In this document: positions 26,421 through 39,124 of the stretch, piece by piece | How the letters are laid out: each line of letters starts with the position of its first letter | How positions within the stretch are numbered: the stretch's first letter is position 1 | DNA from: Octopus sinensis | Taxonomy: Eukaryota | Direction: 5' to 3' | Assembly: GCF_006345805.1 (NCBI RefSeq) | Contig: NC_043000.1 | Coordinates: forward strand, 17,422,001 to 17,486,000 | Length of the DNA stretch: 64,000 bases | Position numbers and translations under genes: made by a program | Notes under the pieces: model-generated | The model's database searches: none | What the model saw: the letters and a program-made list of their open reading frames with translations, nothing else | Told to the model about the DNA's origin: nothing

Positions 26421-27327
26421 TCCAAGAAATTCTATAGTTAAAAGGAGGGAAAAATAGCTGATAGTGACATTATCTGGAAGAAATTCAAGATAATGGAATC
26501 ATCAGATTTGATCTGGTGAAATTTCAGGTACCATATGATTTAAATCTTCTCAAACTTTAATGTACACATTCCATTTTGTTGCAAAAAAAATACTTACATG
26601 TAAATGTTCTTGTTCATTTCCATGGTATTTATTGACAGCTTTAATAAATGCATTAAGTAATTTAAAATTTTCTTTTTTAAGCTTACATCATATTGAGTAA
26701 AAAATTTCTCTTTCTATTGTTAAATAGCCTGAATTGCAGTGTGGTGACCCATATGCTTTAATGACCTTCAGAGCAAAATGCCAGGTGGTGCAAGCTCCTG
26801 GTAAGGCCTCCCATACTGGACAGATCAAAGGATAGAAGCCAGACTAATATGGAATACCTCTTCCCAGAGGTGAAAATAAGTTTGCATAGGGCCAACATTC
26901 CTACATAGAAAACAAGCAAAGTTACAGAAACATCAATGACAATTCATCATTCTGTTAGTTAGCAAAATAAAAACTGGATGTTGTTAGACTTATCAGAAAC
27001 ATTTTGGCTAAATGAAATGAAATTTAATTTGCTTATGATGGCTGACATTAAATTCAACATCACACAAGAGAAAATTTTACACAGATTCTTCTCCCTGATC
27101 TCCCAACAAGCCTAGGGAGAAGAAAGAAAGCCCAGAGTTAAGAACAGTGAAAGAAAGTTATCAATGACCTATGATGCAATAAAAAGGGCTTAAGTAGAGT
27201 AAATAAATGGAAATAAGCAACCATTAATCTCTTACTACACTCGTCTTTAAGCAATACCATTGTAAGCAATAAGAATTTAAAAAATTAAGTAGATGTTTAC
27301 TTGATAAACAGAAGCTGATTAAATGCC

Positions 27328-27375
<48 letters not shown>

Positions 27376-29872
27376 ATAGTAAGATCAATTTTAAGAATTT
27401 TATTCAGCATAAATACCTAATAACTTTGTAGTGATTCTAAAATTAAACCTTTTAGAGAAAAATTAACTAGTTTATTCATTTAGAATTAAACATTTAACAC
27501 AAAATTTATTAAGAATAAATTGTATAAATAACTGATTACTAAGTACATAAATGAACAAAGAAATAAACAAAAAATATTTAAAACATGTTAATTCCACTTT
27601 CAGCTCGCAATAACAAAAAATTAATTTCTATTAAAACCTGTGTAGTTTAAAGAATAGAAATTGTAACAAAAATTATAAACTGCATTTGAAAGTTGACTGC
27701 AGAAAAAACAGAAAGGCAATAATGATATTTTTAAAATGTCTTCAATAAATCATGAAAATAAACAAAATAAGAAATCCTTTTACCCAGTGGCAAAGCAACA
27801 GTAGATATATAAACATGCAGCTAAAAATACTGAATATAAAAAAAAAAAAATCACATAGAAAATGTCTTCTTGTGAGTGCAAGTAAAAAGCTGCTGTTGAT
27901 AAACTCAAATATTTTAAATAATTGTATAAATAACTTGATATAACTAACATTCAATATTGTATGTTTAGAGGATAATGTATTCGACTTTTTCCACTACCAT
28001 ACATATAACTTGAACTATACGTTTATACATAACTCTGGACAAATGGAGGGGACTTTATAAAATCACCATCTTAACTCACAGTCAAGTAGATGATTATCTA
28101 ATGACTAAGATAAAAAAACAATGTCATTTACAACAAAGCTATATTACTTAGTTAATACACAAACAAAATATACAAGATGTGTATTACTAGTTAAGAAAAA
28201 AAAATTACTAAGGTATTAATGCATGAGGAAATCCTAAGAAAATTATAACAAGCATGTAAGAAGATGTGTATCATAGTTTTTATAATTGTGCATCATAGTT
28301 TATATCTGACATTCAACAACAAAATACAAAAACTATCATTTTCCAGAACATTATTTTTACAGTAATTTTCACTATCAGCAACATAACTGAAACAATTTCA
28401 ACTGGCATTTAAAACCAGATAGCAGGTTCTATTTACTGACAACAGCTGTGTATTGTTTCTGAAAACAATTCTAAAATATATACCAAACAAAATTGAATAA
28501 AGCAATATTCAACTTTAGAAATAAAGCCATTTTTGAAGCTATACCTTAGTGTTCATGTATACAATAACTATCTGAATTATTTACTAACCGCTACCTTTAA
28601 TCAAACTGTAACTAAACACAGAGTCTGCTTGCACCTTTCCTTATTCACAATTGTAGATTCTTGAAGAATCTTTAAAACAACTTAAAATCTACTCAACTAA
28701 CAATTACATATTCTGCTCTCACTGATAATAGCCAATGAAGTACAGAACAGTTAATTGTTCATTCAAGTTCATTCTGAATTTGAAAACTTTCAGAGGATGA
28801 AGATTAGAAAAGAAAAATTAAGTATTAAAATGAAAATGTATTTATGAACTGTTGAGTGGTGAAGCATTTTTCAGATCTTCAAGATCTTCTAAACAAACCT
28901 CTTCATTAGACCACAAGAAACCACTAATTAAATGTTCATTTTAAAAATACATTCTTATCAAATAATTATGAAGAAGATTCTATTCTTTACTGAAGAAACA
29001 GCTACATCACAAAAGAAAGTATGATACTAAAAGGTACTAGTACAATATTTGTAAGTATAAAGGCAAATATCACAGCTTTTGAAGAGTGTCATAATGCTAG
29101 CTAAAATAAAAGATTAACAATATATAAAAAATATATACCAGCTTTAAGAAAATTGTTGAAATGCAACAAATACATTTGAAATAACCAAATCTCCCCTAAG
29201 TAACATACACAAATACAACAATCATTTTGGTAGGTATATTGTTTCAATGAAGATATATATCTCCAAAACTTAGCTAATAAATTTTGCTATTTGATAATTA
29301 AGTAGGAGAGCAGTTGGTTTGCCTTATGCCAGATTTATTATTCCCTTTAATAGAAACTGTCAAAAACGTTACATTTTATCTCCATGTAGAAGCAGAAATA
29401 AGACACCCAACTGAAAATATTCCTTATTTATATGAAAGACTGCAAAAATGTTTTGTAATGCTGAGCATGATATAATTACAACTTAAGTATATAAAAAAAA
29501 TTATTCAGGTATAAGAAATAAAGATGTCTATGTGGTCTATACTGCTTGTTTTTTCAACAAGTATTCTAAATAAATTTTTTACTATCCCAATTCGTATGAA
29601 AAATGAAATAAAAAGAAAGTATTGAAAAGTATGTTAATATCCTAATAAAATACAGAAATTATATGCTTGTTTCTAACTAAATAGTTACTAATATTTTCTT
29701 TTACTTCCTATTCATTGCAATAATTTTTAGAATGAAAGTGATTCTGTGAAATTTAAAGATGTAATTAAAGTAAACTAAAAAGCAAGCTCAATAGCATTGA
29801 CAGTTATGAGTGCAAAATAAGCAGCAATGGCAGCAGGAAAAGTCATAATATAGGAGGCACCATTGAACACAC

Positions 29873-30019
29873 CTTGGCCTGTAACCTGCTAATACGTGGA
29901 CTTCTGTGTGAGTCCGAACGCCTGGCTTCACCGGACCTTTTTACATGTGACCTCCTATGTGCCGAGCTCTGAACAACAGAAGAAATAGCAGGAGGGTATT
30001 GAATCTGAGCTATATGACC
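29873..30019 (-). CDS. WNK: WNK exon (147 nt, symmetric phase 0, Arg/Ser-rich; possibly cassette)
   Basis: GHIAQIQYPPAISSVVQSSAHRRSHVKRSGEARRSDSHRSPRISRLQAK. Boundaries tcattcag/gtgtgt, open in phase 0, and a GC-rich island in otherwise AT-rich intron. Confidence 0.72.
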
Positions 30020-30679
30020 CTGAATGATAAATGGGCAATGAAGATGTCAAAGTTTGGATATATATTTTTTAATACAAAAATTGGAGGAATATGTTCAGCA
30101 AAGTGTCAAAGGAAGAGAGACATCTACAATAAGTTGTTAGGTAACAAGAAAATAAACTGAATCCATTAAAATAGGGACAGTTAATTTTTGTATTTAAAAT
30201 ATAACAATCCTTCATTAACCAACATCTTAATTACAACTGAATCTTTCATTCAACAAATAAGGAAATTTTTAAAAATAATTTCTCTTTAATAGTTTAAAAT
30301 TTGAATTTCATTACCTTTGGGTTTAATCTAAGCAGAACATTAAATAAACTGGAAACTGAAAATTTCCAACTCAATATATAGAACTGAAATAGGGGAAACA
30401 ACAAGTGGCCACCAATTAAATGATTTCCCAGTTGAAACTTCAATACTAAAATATTTAAATAAATTTCTTTCTTAAAAGCCAAGATGCACACGTCAAGATT
30501 TGTCCACTGTTGAAGATATATGTAAGGAAGGTTTCATGTAGAACCAAGTTCAAAACCAATGTTTTGTAAGAGTTAAATAATTGAGACGAAGAAAGAACAC
30601 AACAAAGCACTTGCTCTATACAAGCAGGCTGACAAGTTTAACCTAACAAAAACAAGAGACTATGCTTCATATCAAGGAC

Positions 30680-30730
<51 letters not shown>

Positions 30731-30731
<1 letters not shown>

Positions 30732-31116
30732 TACCCTTTACTCTTTTACTTGTTTCAGTCATTTTGACTGCGGCCTTTAGTCGAGCAAATCGACCCCGGG
30801 ACTTATTCTTTGTAAGCCCAGTACTTATTCAATCGGTCTCTTTTGCCGACCCGCTAAGTGACGGGGACGTAAACACATCAGCATCGGTTGTCAAGCAATG
30901 CTAGGGGGAGAAACACAGACACACAAACACACACAGGTATATATACATATATACGACAGGCTTCTTTCAGTTTCCGTCTACCAAATCCACTCACAAGGCA
31001 TTGGTCGGCCCGGGGCTATAGCAGAAGACACTTGCCCAAGATGCCACGCAGTGGGACTGAACCCGGAACCATGTGGTTGGTTAGCAAGCTACTTACCACA
31101 CAGCCACTCTTGCGCA
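30731..31116 (-). mobile_element. tRNA-derived SINE, full length, inserted in (TA)n
   Basis: Minus-strand head GAGTGGCTGTGTGGTAAG (A-box) ...GGTTCAGTCCC (B-box). Near-identical to 34731-35137 and 58216-58610; flanked by TA repeats on both sides. Confidence 0.92.
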
Positions 31117-32084
31117 TATATATATATATAAAATAATTACCATTTACTAAAATAATTATTTCAGATTATTAACACATTTGCGGGAGGGGATATCTGTTAA
31201 GCTAGCAATATATAGGTAAAATTTAAAAAAGAAAATAAATATATAAATTGCAAGAAAAAAATATTTGATAAAAGCAATTGCTGAGTGGAATAAAAAATAT
31301 ATGTAGAAGTCTTCATTATAATAGATGTCTGAGGTAATAAGGATTATATAAAATAGGTTAGTAAGGCTGCAGTTTAGAGTATAATTAGCTATGAAAGCAA
31401 GAGCTAATTAGCAAATATCTTAAAAATTAACATGAAATACAATCACCTACAATAATCATCTGATTTTTAAAAAATATACATCACTTTAAATGTCTCTATA
31501 CAAATAACTGGATATTTGCACCAATCTTGCAATATTCAAACCATTTAAGGAATTATTAGATCAATTAAGATTATGAACTTATTCGTTATTAAGCTCAGGG
31601 AAATAGTCTAGCGCTATAAAATTTGATAACACTCTAAAGATATGTTGCTTCAGAAATGCAATGTAAAATTACAAATCTCTTATTTAAGTACAATGATTAA
31701 AAGCTTAATATGGTTTAATGTTTTCAGTATTTCTCCTCTCACTTTTCGAAAGCTTCAGTTGAAACAAAACCACAAAATCAAATTTTATGATGTATATGTG
31801 TGCATGCATGTGTGTCTATATATATCATCATCGTTTAACGTCCGCTAATAAACTAATGTACCACCTTTTAAATATATATAGTATATCTAAACTAACCAGT
31901 GGTCTGTTATTTTTGAGTTTCCCTGAAATATAGCCAATTCCACAGACAAGAGGAGACAGGATAATAAAGATACAGCATTTTGATGATGGGAGGAAACTGG
32001 AACACACAAGACTGGCTGAATTTACAAACCAACTTTTGACTAGGGTTAGAGTGAAATGAAGAGAAAGGTATTCAAGTGCACACA

Positions 32085-32227
32085 TCATCATTTAATGTCT
32101 GCTTCCCATGCTTGCATGGGTTGGGTGGTTTGACTGAGGACTGGCAAGCTAGGAAGCTGCACCAGGCTTCAATCTAATCTGGCAAGGTTTCTACAGCTGG
32201 ATGCCCTTCCTAACGCCAACCACTCCA
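32085..32227 (-). mobile_element. RTE-tail-derived short element
   Basis: catcatcatttaatgtc...ctacagctggatgcccttcctaacgccaaccactcc is the reverse complement of the RTE 3' tail. Confidence 0.8.
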
Positions 32228-33812
32228 CATATACACATGAATATACAAACATATCAGTCTTAAGCAGAGCTAGTAAGGAGAGAGGAATAGAAGAGATATA
32301 TAGAGGGAAACAGAAAGAGAGAGTAAAAGGAAAGAGATCAACAAAGAAAGGGAACAAAAAAGGGGGGAGGGAAGAGAAGGAAAACAGAGACACAGACCAG
32401 TGACTGACAACTGAACAAGTTAATAAATAGGTACACAGGATGAAATCTAAAGGATTGGTCAGACTCACACATGCCTGTATACAAGTACACACTCATATGC
32501 ATGCATGTACATAAATAAGCAGCCAGATGTGCACCCATATAAGTTCACATGGACACATAAGGGAGCAAGCAAGCTGGCAAACAAGCAAAGAGGGAAAGTA
32601 GTGAACATCATTCATTTCTTGTGAAAAATTATCAAAATAATGATGATATAATATCAACAGTAATTGTAAGGTGATAATATATGCAGTACTTTATAGGTTA
32701 CAGAGCCTACTGCGTAGAGTACAACAACAATAAAGTAGGCCTGTTCATGGATAAGTTTGGCAGCTTGCTTGTATGCCTGTGTCTGTATCTTTGTATAAAC
32801 ATGCCAGAGTGCACGAGGGACAAACCCTTCAGCTTTTGTCCTGTTATACCCACATGCATGTATCTATGTTATGTACATGTGTTCTTACTTTCTCATTCCC
32901 TTCTACCGGCTCGGTCAAAAGCCAGCTTAAAAATTCAGCCAACTGTGTGTCCCAGCTTCCCACTGTTATCCATTATCCCACTTTCTGTCTAGGGAACCAG
33001 TTAGACACCAGGGAAATTCCAGACAAACAGGATCAGCTTGAACTATTGCATTTTACTTTTGTATTAAGCACTTATCATTATTCCTAATAGAGTGGGGTGT
33101 AATTGAAATTTAAGGACTCGATACACTTGTAAATCTATTATATATCATAATTTGATTGACAGTGACTGAAGTTTTACAGGTTTTGCTAATTCAAACAGTT
33201 TGAATAAACCAAAAACTTCAAAGCCACAGTCAGTTTTATATATGTATACACACACATGTTAAGCAAACATTTCAACTCGCCTCACCTAACAAAAAAAAAA
33301 AGTGTTTATACAGATGCAAAATTAAGTGTTCACACTGGATATAAAACAATACAAATTAGTTAAAATATATTCAATTTCTATCACCCCTAAAAAAAAAAAA
33401 AAAAAAAAAATCAACTGACTAAAATGAAAGAAACAATTTATGTATATATACTCAGTGCTATTTTCTAGTCACTAACTTTTTTTTTTTCAATTGAAGTAGT
33501 AGCCTACTGTTGTTTGCTACTAACTTATCAGGGAATTAATAAATAAAAATAGTGATGACTTTATAATTAAGATAAATCCCATTTCAATATACCTTTTTTT
33601 AATGTTAGAAACCAGATTTTAATAATGATTTACAAAAGATGAAGGGAAAGTGAGGGCTGCAAGTGAATTGACCACACAAAATGTCTGACACACTGACTCC
33701 CAAGTTGATTCTCATGAAATTTGAACTCAAATATAGAGGATTAAACACAAATACTAAAAGTTTTCAAGCACAATTTCTTTTTGTTACTTACACCATTCAA
33801 TAATTTTATATA

Positions 33813-33866
<54 letters not shown>

Positions 33867-34074
33867 TATATATATACATACACACATACATGAAATTATG
33901 ATAAAAGCCAGTTTATATCATTTGTTCCTTATGTACATTTCACTGTTTGTGGTTGTTTGGAATCACAGAATTAGATATTCCAAGTCCAACAGAATGCTTA
34001 ACCACAATGGATCATCAGGGGAACATTTTACTGCATTATGTTACAAAGATCAAATAATGCAATGAAATATTCTC

Positions 34075-34419
34075 CTAATGATTCGTTATGGATAAGCACC
34101 CAACTGCAGAAAACAGCACAGCTCCCATGACTTCAGGAAACATTTTTTCACGCTGAGAGTTGCTGAAGCATGGAACAAACTGCCGGCATCGGTTGTTAGT
34201 TGTTGGAGCACTGCATCCTTCAAAACTTCCATGCTTCCTGAGATTCGCCAACACTACACTTGATTTTCTCCCCTCCATACACACACAAGCATGTATCTGA
34301 CTCATACACTGTTCACTTTCCAGACATTTCTACATTACTGCATGTACTTTATATGCACTTTCTGACAAGTTGTGGTGCACCTGAGCACTGTATACAATAA
34401 TTTCATTATTATTATTATT
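34075..34419 (+). mobile_element. CR1/L2-like LINE 3' end with (ATT)n tail
   Basis: RKQHSSHDFRKHFFTLRVAEAWNKLPASVVSCWSTASFKTSM (FF-x-x-RV...WN-x-LP...FK C-terminal motif), then a 3' UTR ending attattattatt. Confidence 0.8.
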
Positions 34420-34651
34420 GCACTTGAACACCCAATGCTGTGTGGTTCCAAATAATCACAACAGTGAAATGTATTCAGAGAACAAATTATATAAACTAGT
34501 GCTTATCATTTCTCTTACATTTGCTCTGCAGAGCACAACCAATAATACTACTAAGTACAGTAGTAACCTAAGCATTATACTGAAAGCAGACTGGATGAAG
34601 ACAATCAGCATGGAGCTCTAAACTCAACAGTAGCAGACATACATCTAACTG

Positions 34652-35896
34652 TACAGGGTGCAGTGAATAAACAATCATCTAAATTATGCAAAAATGAAAA
34701 TAACACTGACATCTCATTTTAACAGATATAATCTTTTACTCTTTTACTTGTTTCAGTCATTTGACTGCGGCCATGCTGGAGCACTGCCTTTAGTCGAGCA
34801 ACTTGACCCCGGGACTTATTCTTTGTAAGCCCAGTACTTATTCTATCGGTCTCTTTTTGGCCGAACCGCTAAGTGACGGGGACATAAACACACCAGCATC
34901 GGTTGTCAAGCAATGCTAGGGGGACAGACACAGACACACAAACATACATGCACATATATATATACATATATACGACAGGCTTCTTTCAGTTTCCGTCTAC
35001 CAAATCCACTCACAAGGCTTTGGTCGGCCTGAGGCTATAGTAGAAGACACTTGCCCAAGGTGCCACGCAATGGGACTGAACCCGGAACCATGTGGTTGGT
35101 AGGCAAGCTACTTACCACACAGCCACTCCTGTGCCTCATATATTTACCAAAATTACATAAAAATATCTTGAAATAGTAAAGAGTAAATTTATTCAATAAA
35201 ATCTCCATTGGCTTCAACCACGGCCTCACAACTTCAGAATCTCCTGCAAGTCTTCTGGACATCTCTTTGTTTAAGTTGGTGAGTGCTGCCATAATCCTTG
35301 CCATCAGTTCATTTTTGGTGTTACAAGGAGTTTTGTTGGTCTCTCACTCAATTGCGCCTCACACACAATAATCAAAGTGGTTGTGGTCGCAGAAATTGCC
35401 CGACTGCCATGACTGGGCTCTTCTGTTTGTATGGCAAGGTGCAGAGTCCGGTTGTCAGACATAGGGTCTTCCAGCAGCCACCCTCTTGACCCAGGGCAGC
35501 ACTACCTCCTCTAGGCACTTGATGTAGGCTTCCATGATGAATCCAGGGCCATGTGGGAAGATGAATGGAAGAATAATGTTGCCATCACTTGTGATCACTC
35601 AAAACACTGTGATGTTGACTGGATGTTTGATTTTTATCACTCTCAGTACATGTCTTCAGATTGACATCCCAACACTCTGAAGTGTTTGTATTGGAGCTTC
35701 CAGCATGAATGCCAAGCAGTACTGCATGTAATTTCCAAATTTCTGGCAGAGTAAATTGCATCATGGTGCTGTTTTTCTCACAAATGATGCCCAACTGACC
35801 CTACTATACTGCATAGTTGACAAAATCAAAAACAAACAATGCACATGTGCGAAATTAAAAATATAAAATGCAACAGTTTACCCATCGCACCCTGTA
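34652..35896 (-). mobile_element. Internally deleted maT-type (DD37D-like) Tc1/mariner transposon with TA target duplication
   Basis: Termini TA-CAGGGTGCAGTGAATAAAC and GTTTACCCATCGCACCCTG-TA are inverted repeats. Minus strand encodes remnant KHPVN..VITSDG..PFIFPHG..YIKCLEEVVLPW..AAGRPYV..DSAPCH..ETNKTPCNTKNELMARI. Confidence 0.85.
34731..35137 (-). mobile_element. tRNA-derived SINE, full length, nested in the maT element
   Basis: Same family as 30731-31116; interrupts the 3' terminal region of the DNA transposon. Confidence 0.92.
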
Positions 35897-36156
35897 CACA
35901 CAAGACATACTTTGTGTGTGTGTGTGTGTATAAAAACCTATCAGATACAAAGCCAAAGAAATATCTTGTATACAGATATACTAGCAGCTGTGTGTGTGTG
36001 TATTTTATAGATCATCAGTGAAGTATTATGAAGTAGATCCGTTAATCTGAAGTGGAGATTACAGTTGTTAATGCATAGTTTGAACTAATGTAACTTAATT
36101 GAAAGAAAACAAAAACACAGAACATAGACATTTGAGAAATAGATATATTCTTCGAA

Positions 36157-36534
36157 CGTGGCCGTGGCCAGCGCCGCCCCGACTGGCCTCCGTGCTGGTG
36201 GCACGTAAAAAGCACCATCCGATCGTGGCCGTTGCCAGCCTCGCCTGGCCCCCGTGCTGGTGGCACATAAAAAGCACCACCCGACTGGCCTCCGTGCTGG
36301 TGGTATGTAAAAAGCACCATCCGTCCCTGGCCGTTTGCCACTTGTGCGGGTGGCATGTAAAAAGCACCTACTACACTCACGGAGTGGTTGGCGTTAGGAA
36401 GGGCATCCAGCTGTAGAAACACTGCCAGATCAGACTGGGCCTGGTGCAGCCTTCTGGCTTCCCAGACCCCAGTTGAACTGTCCAACCCATGCTAGCATGG
36501 AAAGCGGATGCTAAATGATGATGATGATGATGAT
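36157..36534 (+). mobile_element. RTE-tail-derived element with tandem GGTGGCACGTAAAAAGCACC units and (GAT)n tail
   Basis: Four imperfect repeats of the unit, followed by the same 3' block as 47930-48102. Confidence 0.88.
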
Positions 36535-39013
36535 TTGAAGGAGATGTGGTATTATGTGGTTGATAGAACAAAGACTGATAGATGCTTAGAATGAGCTTAG
36601 GTGAAGGTGAAACAGTATAAGATATGAAGTCATAGGTTATTGTAATTGAATAAGAATACTAGACTCAGAGGTAGTTGGGAGTTATTTGAAGGTACACTTA
36701 TAAAGTAAAGAGTTTTTATATATAGTCTAAATTGTATGTATATACAAACTAACACATATACTCAGATACACTCCTGCTTTCAGGAGTTGCATCTGTATTT
36801 TGTACTTTTGGTTCTGATGAGTGAGTTAGGTGGTTCCAGTGAGGACAAATATGTAATATTTGTTGTTAATATGATTATATTTTTCTGACTATCATCTCCC
36901 TTTCCCCAAATACCAACCATTTTCAATATTTACATCTAGACTATGAGAAAAATGTTGCTGTAATTGAATAATGTAAAGGGGAGAAGGACAAACAATCCTA
37001 AAAATAGAAAGTTTATTTTCCATGAAAGATTTTTTATTAAATAGCTTTAAATTAGAAAGAGAGAGAGAAATATTGATATTTTACGGTATAATATTCCTAC
37101 TGTACCACAATATATCTTCCATCCAACTCCAGAGTCACTGACTATATTCACAAACCCTTCATTACAGTTTCTTTTTCAGATATCCAAACTTAACTATCAG
37201 TTTCTCTTTTTTACCACAATATCACAAACTTCATTCTTCCAGAATTTCTTTTATTCATCTTTTATACCAATTTTTTGATTTGTCTTTTTCTGTACTCAAA
37301 CATTCAAATGGAGAAAGAAAACAAAAACTTCCTTAAATACTGATTACAGTCTGCTTATAACTGTTCCTTCTCCACATAAAGTCTCCCTGTAAGGGAGACT
37401 ATACAGGGAGACTACATGTGGAACTAAGGAGAAAGAAACTAAAAAGAAGTTTCTTAAAACCACAAAATACGTTTTTCTCAACTACTTCACAGGGTATCAA
37501 ATGTTAGAAAATACATGCAAAATTTGTTACAAGGAAGCAGGAATGACTTTTTTCTTAAGAAGAAAGATAACTTTGTCTCCAACTTTAGAGTACAGATCAC
37601 ATAAGTAGTCTATTTTAGATACTAGGTAAGATATACACATGCAACTTGGTTGCTAATGATGGAAAAAAATACAAAAGTTTGATAAAAGGCACTAGTCTTT
37701 CATTATGAAAAAGTCAAACAGTGTAAAACATGCATCCAAATTTAAATAATCTTCAGAATTTACTACTGGCTTTTACAATGAAAGTAAATGAAATTTATTA
37801 TTTCATAACTATTTGTTAAGTACATTAATTGAAGCTAATAATGTTAACTAATAAAAATAAGCTTTGAATTTTAATTATTGAAATCCAAGAATTACGATTA
37901 GCAATAACACTAAACTTGATTTTAACATTAATACATTAAAGGATAGTAAGTAAAAATTATAGGGAAAAATCTTAAAATGAAAAATTTATAGAACTTTAAT
38001 CAATACATTTTTTTAATGTATTTAATGCAATAGTCCACTACATTACTGAAGCCTTTATTACAAAAAGACTTTTAAGAAATTTGTTAAATATTTTCAGCAA
38101 ATGGCTGCTCCCAAGTCCTATTTAAAGGGAAAATACTTTATAACATCTGAAATTCATTCATATTATGAAACTGCAGCCTAAATACTATAGAATAATTTGA
38201 TTAGCTGCAAAAAGCACTCAGTTATGTTTTACTTTGCCTAACCCAACTGAATATAGAGAGAAGAAAAAAAAAACAAACTAAATTTGGCATTATAAATATA
38301 ATTATAAACCGGCTTCAAAATTATAAATTAGAATGTATCATTAAACTAGATTTCTACTGACATAGATGATCAAAAAATATATATGCTTATAATAAAAAAA
38401 ATTAAGATAAGTTATATTTTAGAAATAAATAAGAAAAATTGTTGATTATGTAAAAAAAATTAATAATTAGTAACATTAGATTGTGAAAGCATACAAGTAA
38501 ACTAATAAAAAAAAAGCGTAATATAAAAATGCAATCATTTGATGACATAACACGGCCTCATTTTGCTTTACTTCCAACAAAAATCAATTTCTAAATGCAT
38601 TTATTGCAGAAACTTTAGTCAGAAACAAAACTTAAGAAATGTCCAGCAGAAATGATAATTTTAAAATAACACCTAAATGATGGTGCTATGCTGACTTTTA
38701 AGGAACACGACAAATACAATAGGATCGTGGAGTATAATTTTATATTCAATTTATCTAAAACTTTTATCAACCAAAACACTCCTTTTCTTTCTTTTTAAAT
38801 ATCACAAGATGCCTTGCATAACTGAATAATCAATGATAGCCATGACAATGATATTTAACTAAGACAATAAATGAACACAACACAATATCAATTATAGACT
38901 TCTACATAAAGCACAACATCAATTTGCAATAACACATTATAGTCAATCTAAATACTGGTTATTCAGTCCAGTGCCACAGTAATTGAATTAGTTTAAAAGA
39001 TCCTGATGACTAC

Positions 39014-39124
39014 CTGATACATTGATGCCTGAACCAACTGCTGGAATTGTGTAGCAGCTTGAATGTGGTATGGATTGAATGATGTAACTGATGGTAATTG
39101 CACATGACCAGAAGGAAGTCCTGT
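39014..39124 (-). CDS. WNK: WNK exon (111 nt, symmetric phase 0)
   Basis: TGLPSGHVQLPSVTSFNPYHIQAATQFQQLVQASMYQ. Boundaries tttttccag/gtagtc, no stop, composition like the other disordered-region exons. Confidence 0.82.

Noticed and set aside
36157-36375. Repeat-spacer-like array resembling CRISPR
   Set aside because: Eukaryotic context, spacers are related to each other, no cas genes, and the same units occur in the RTE 3' UTR.
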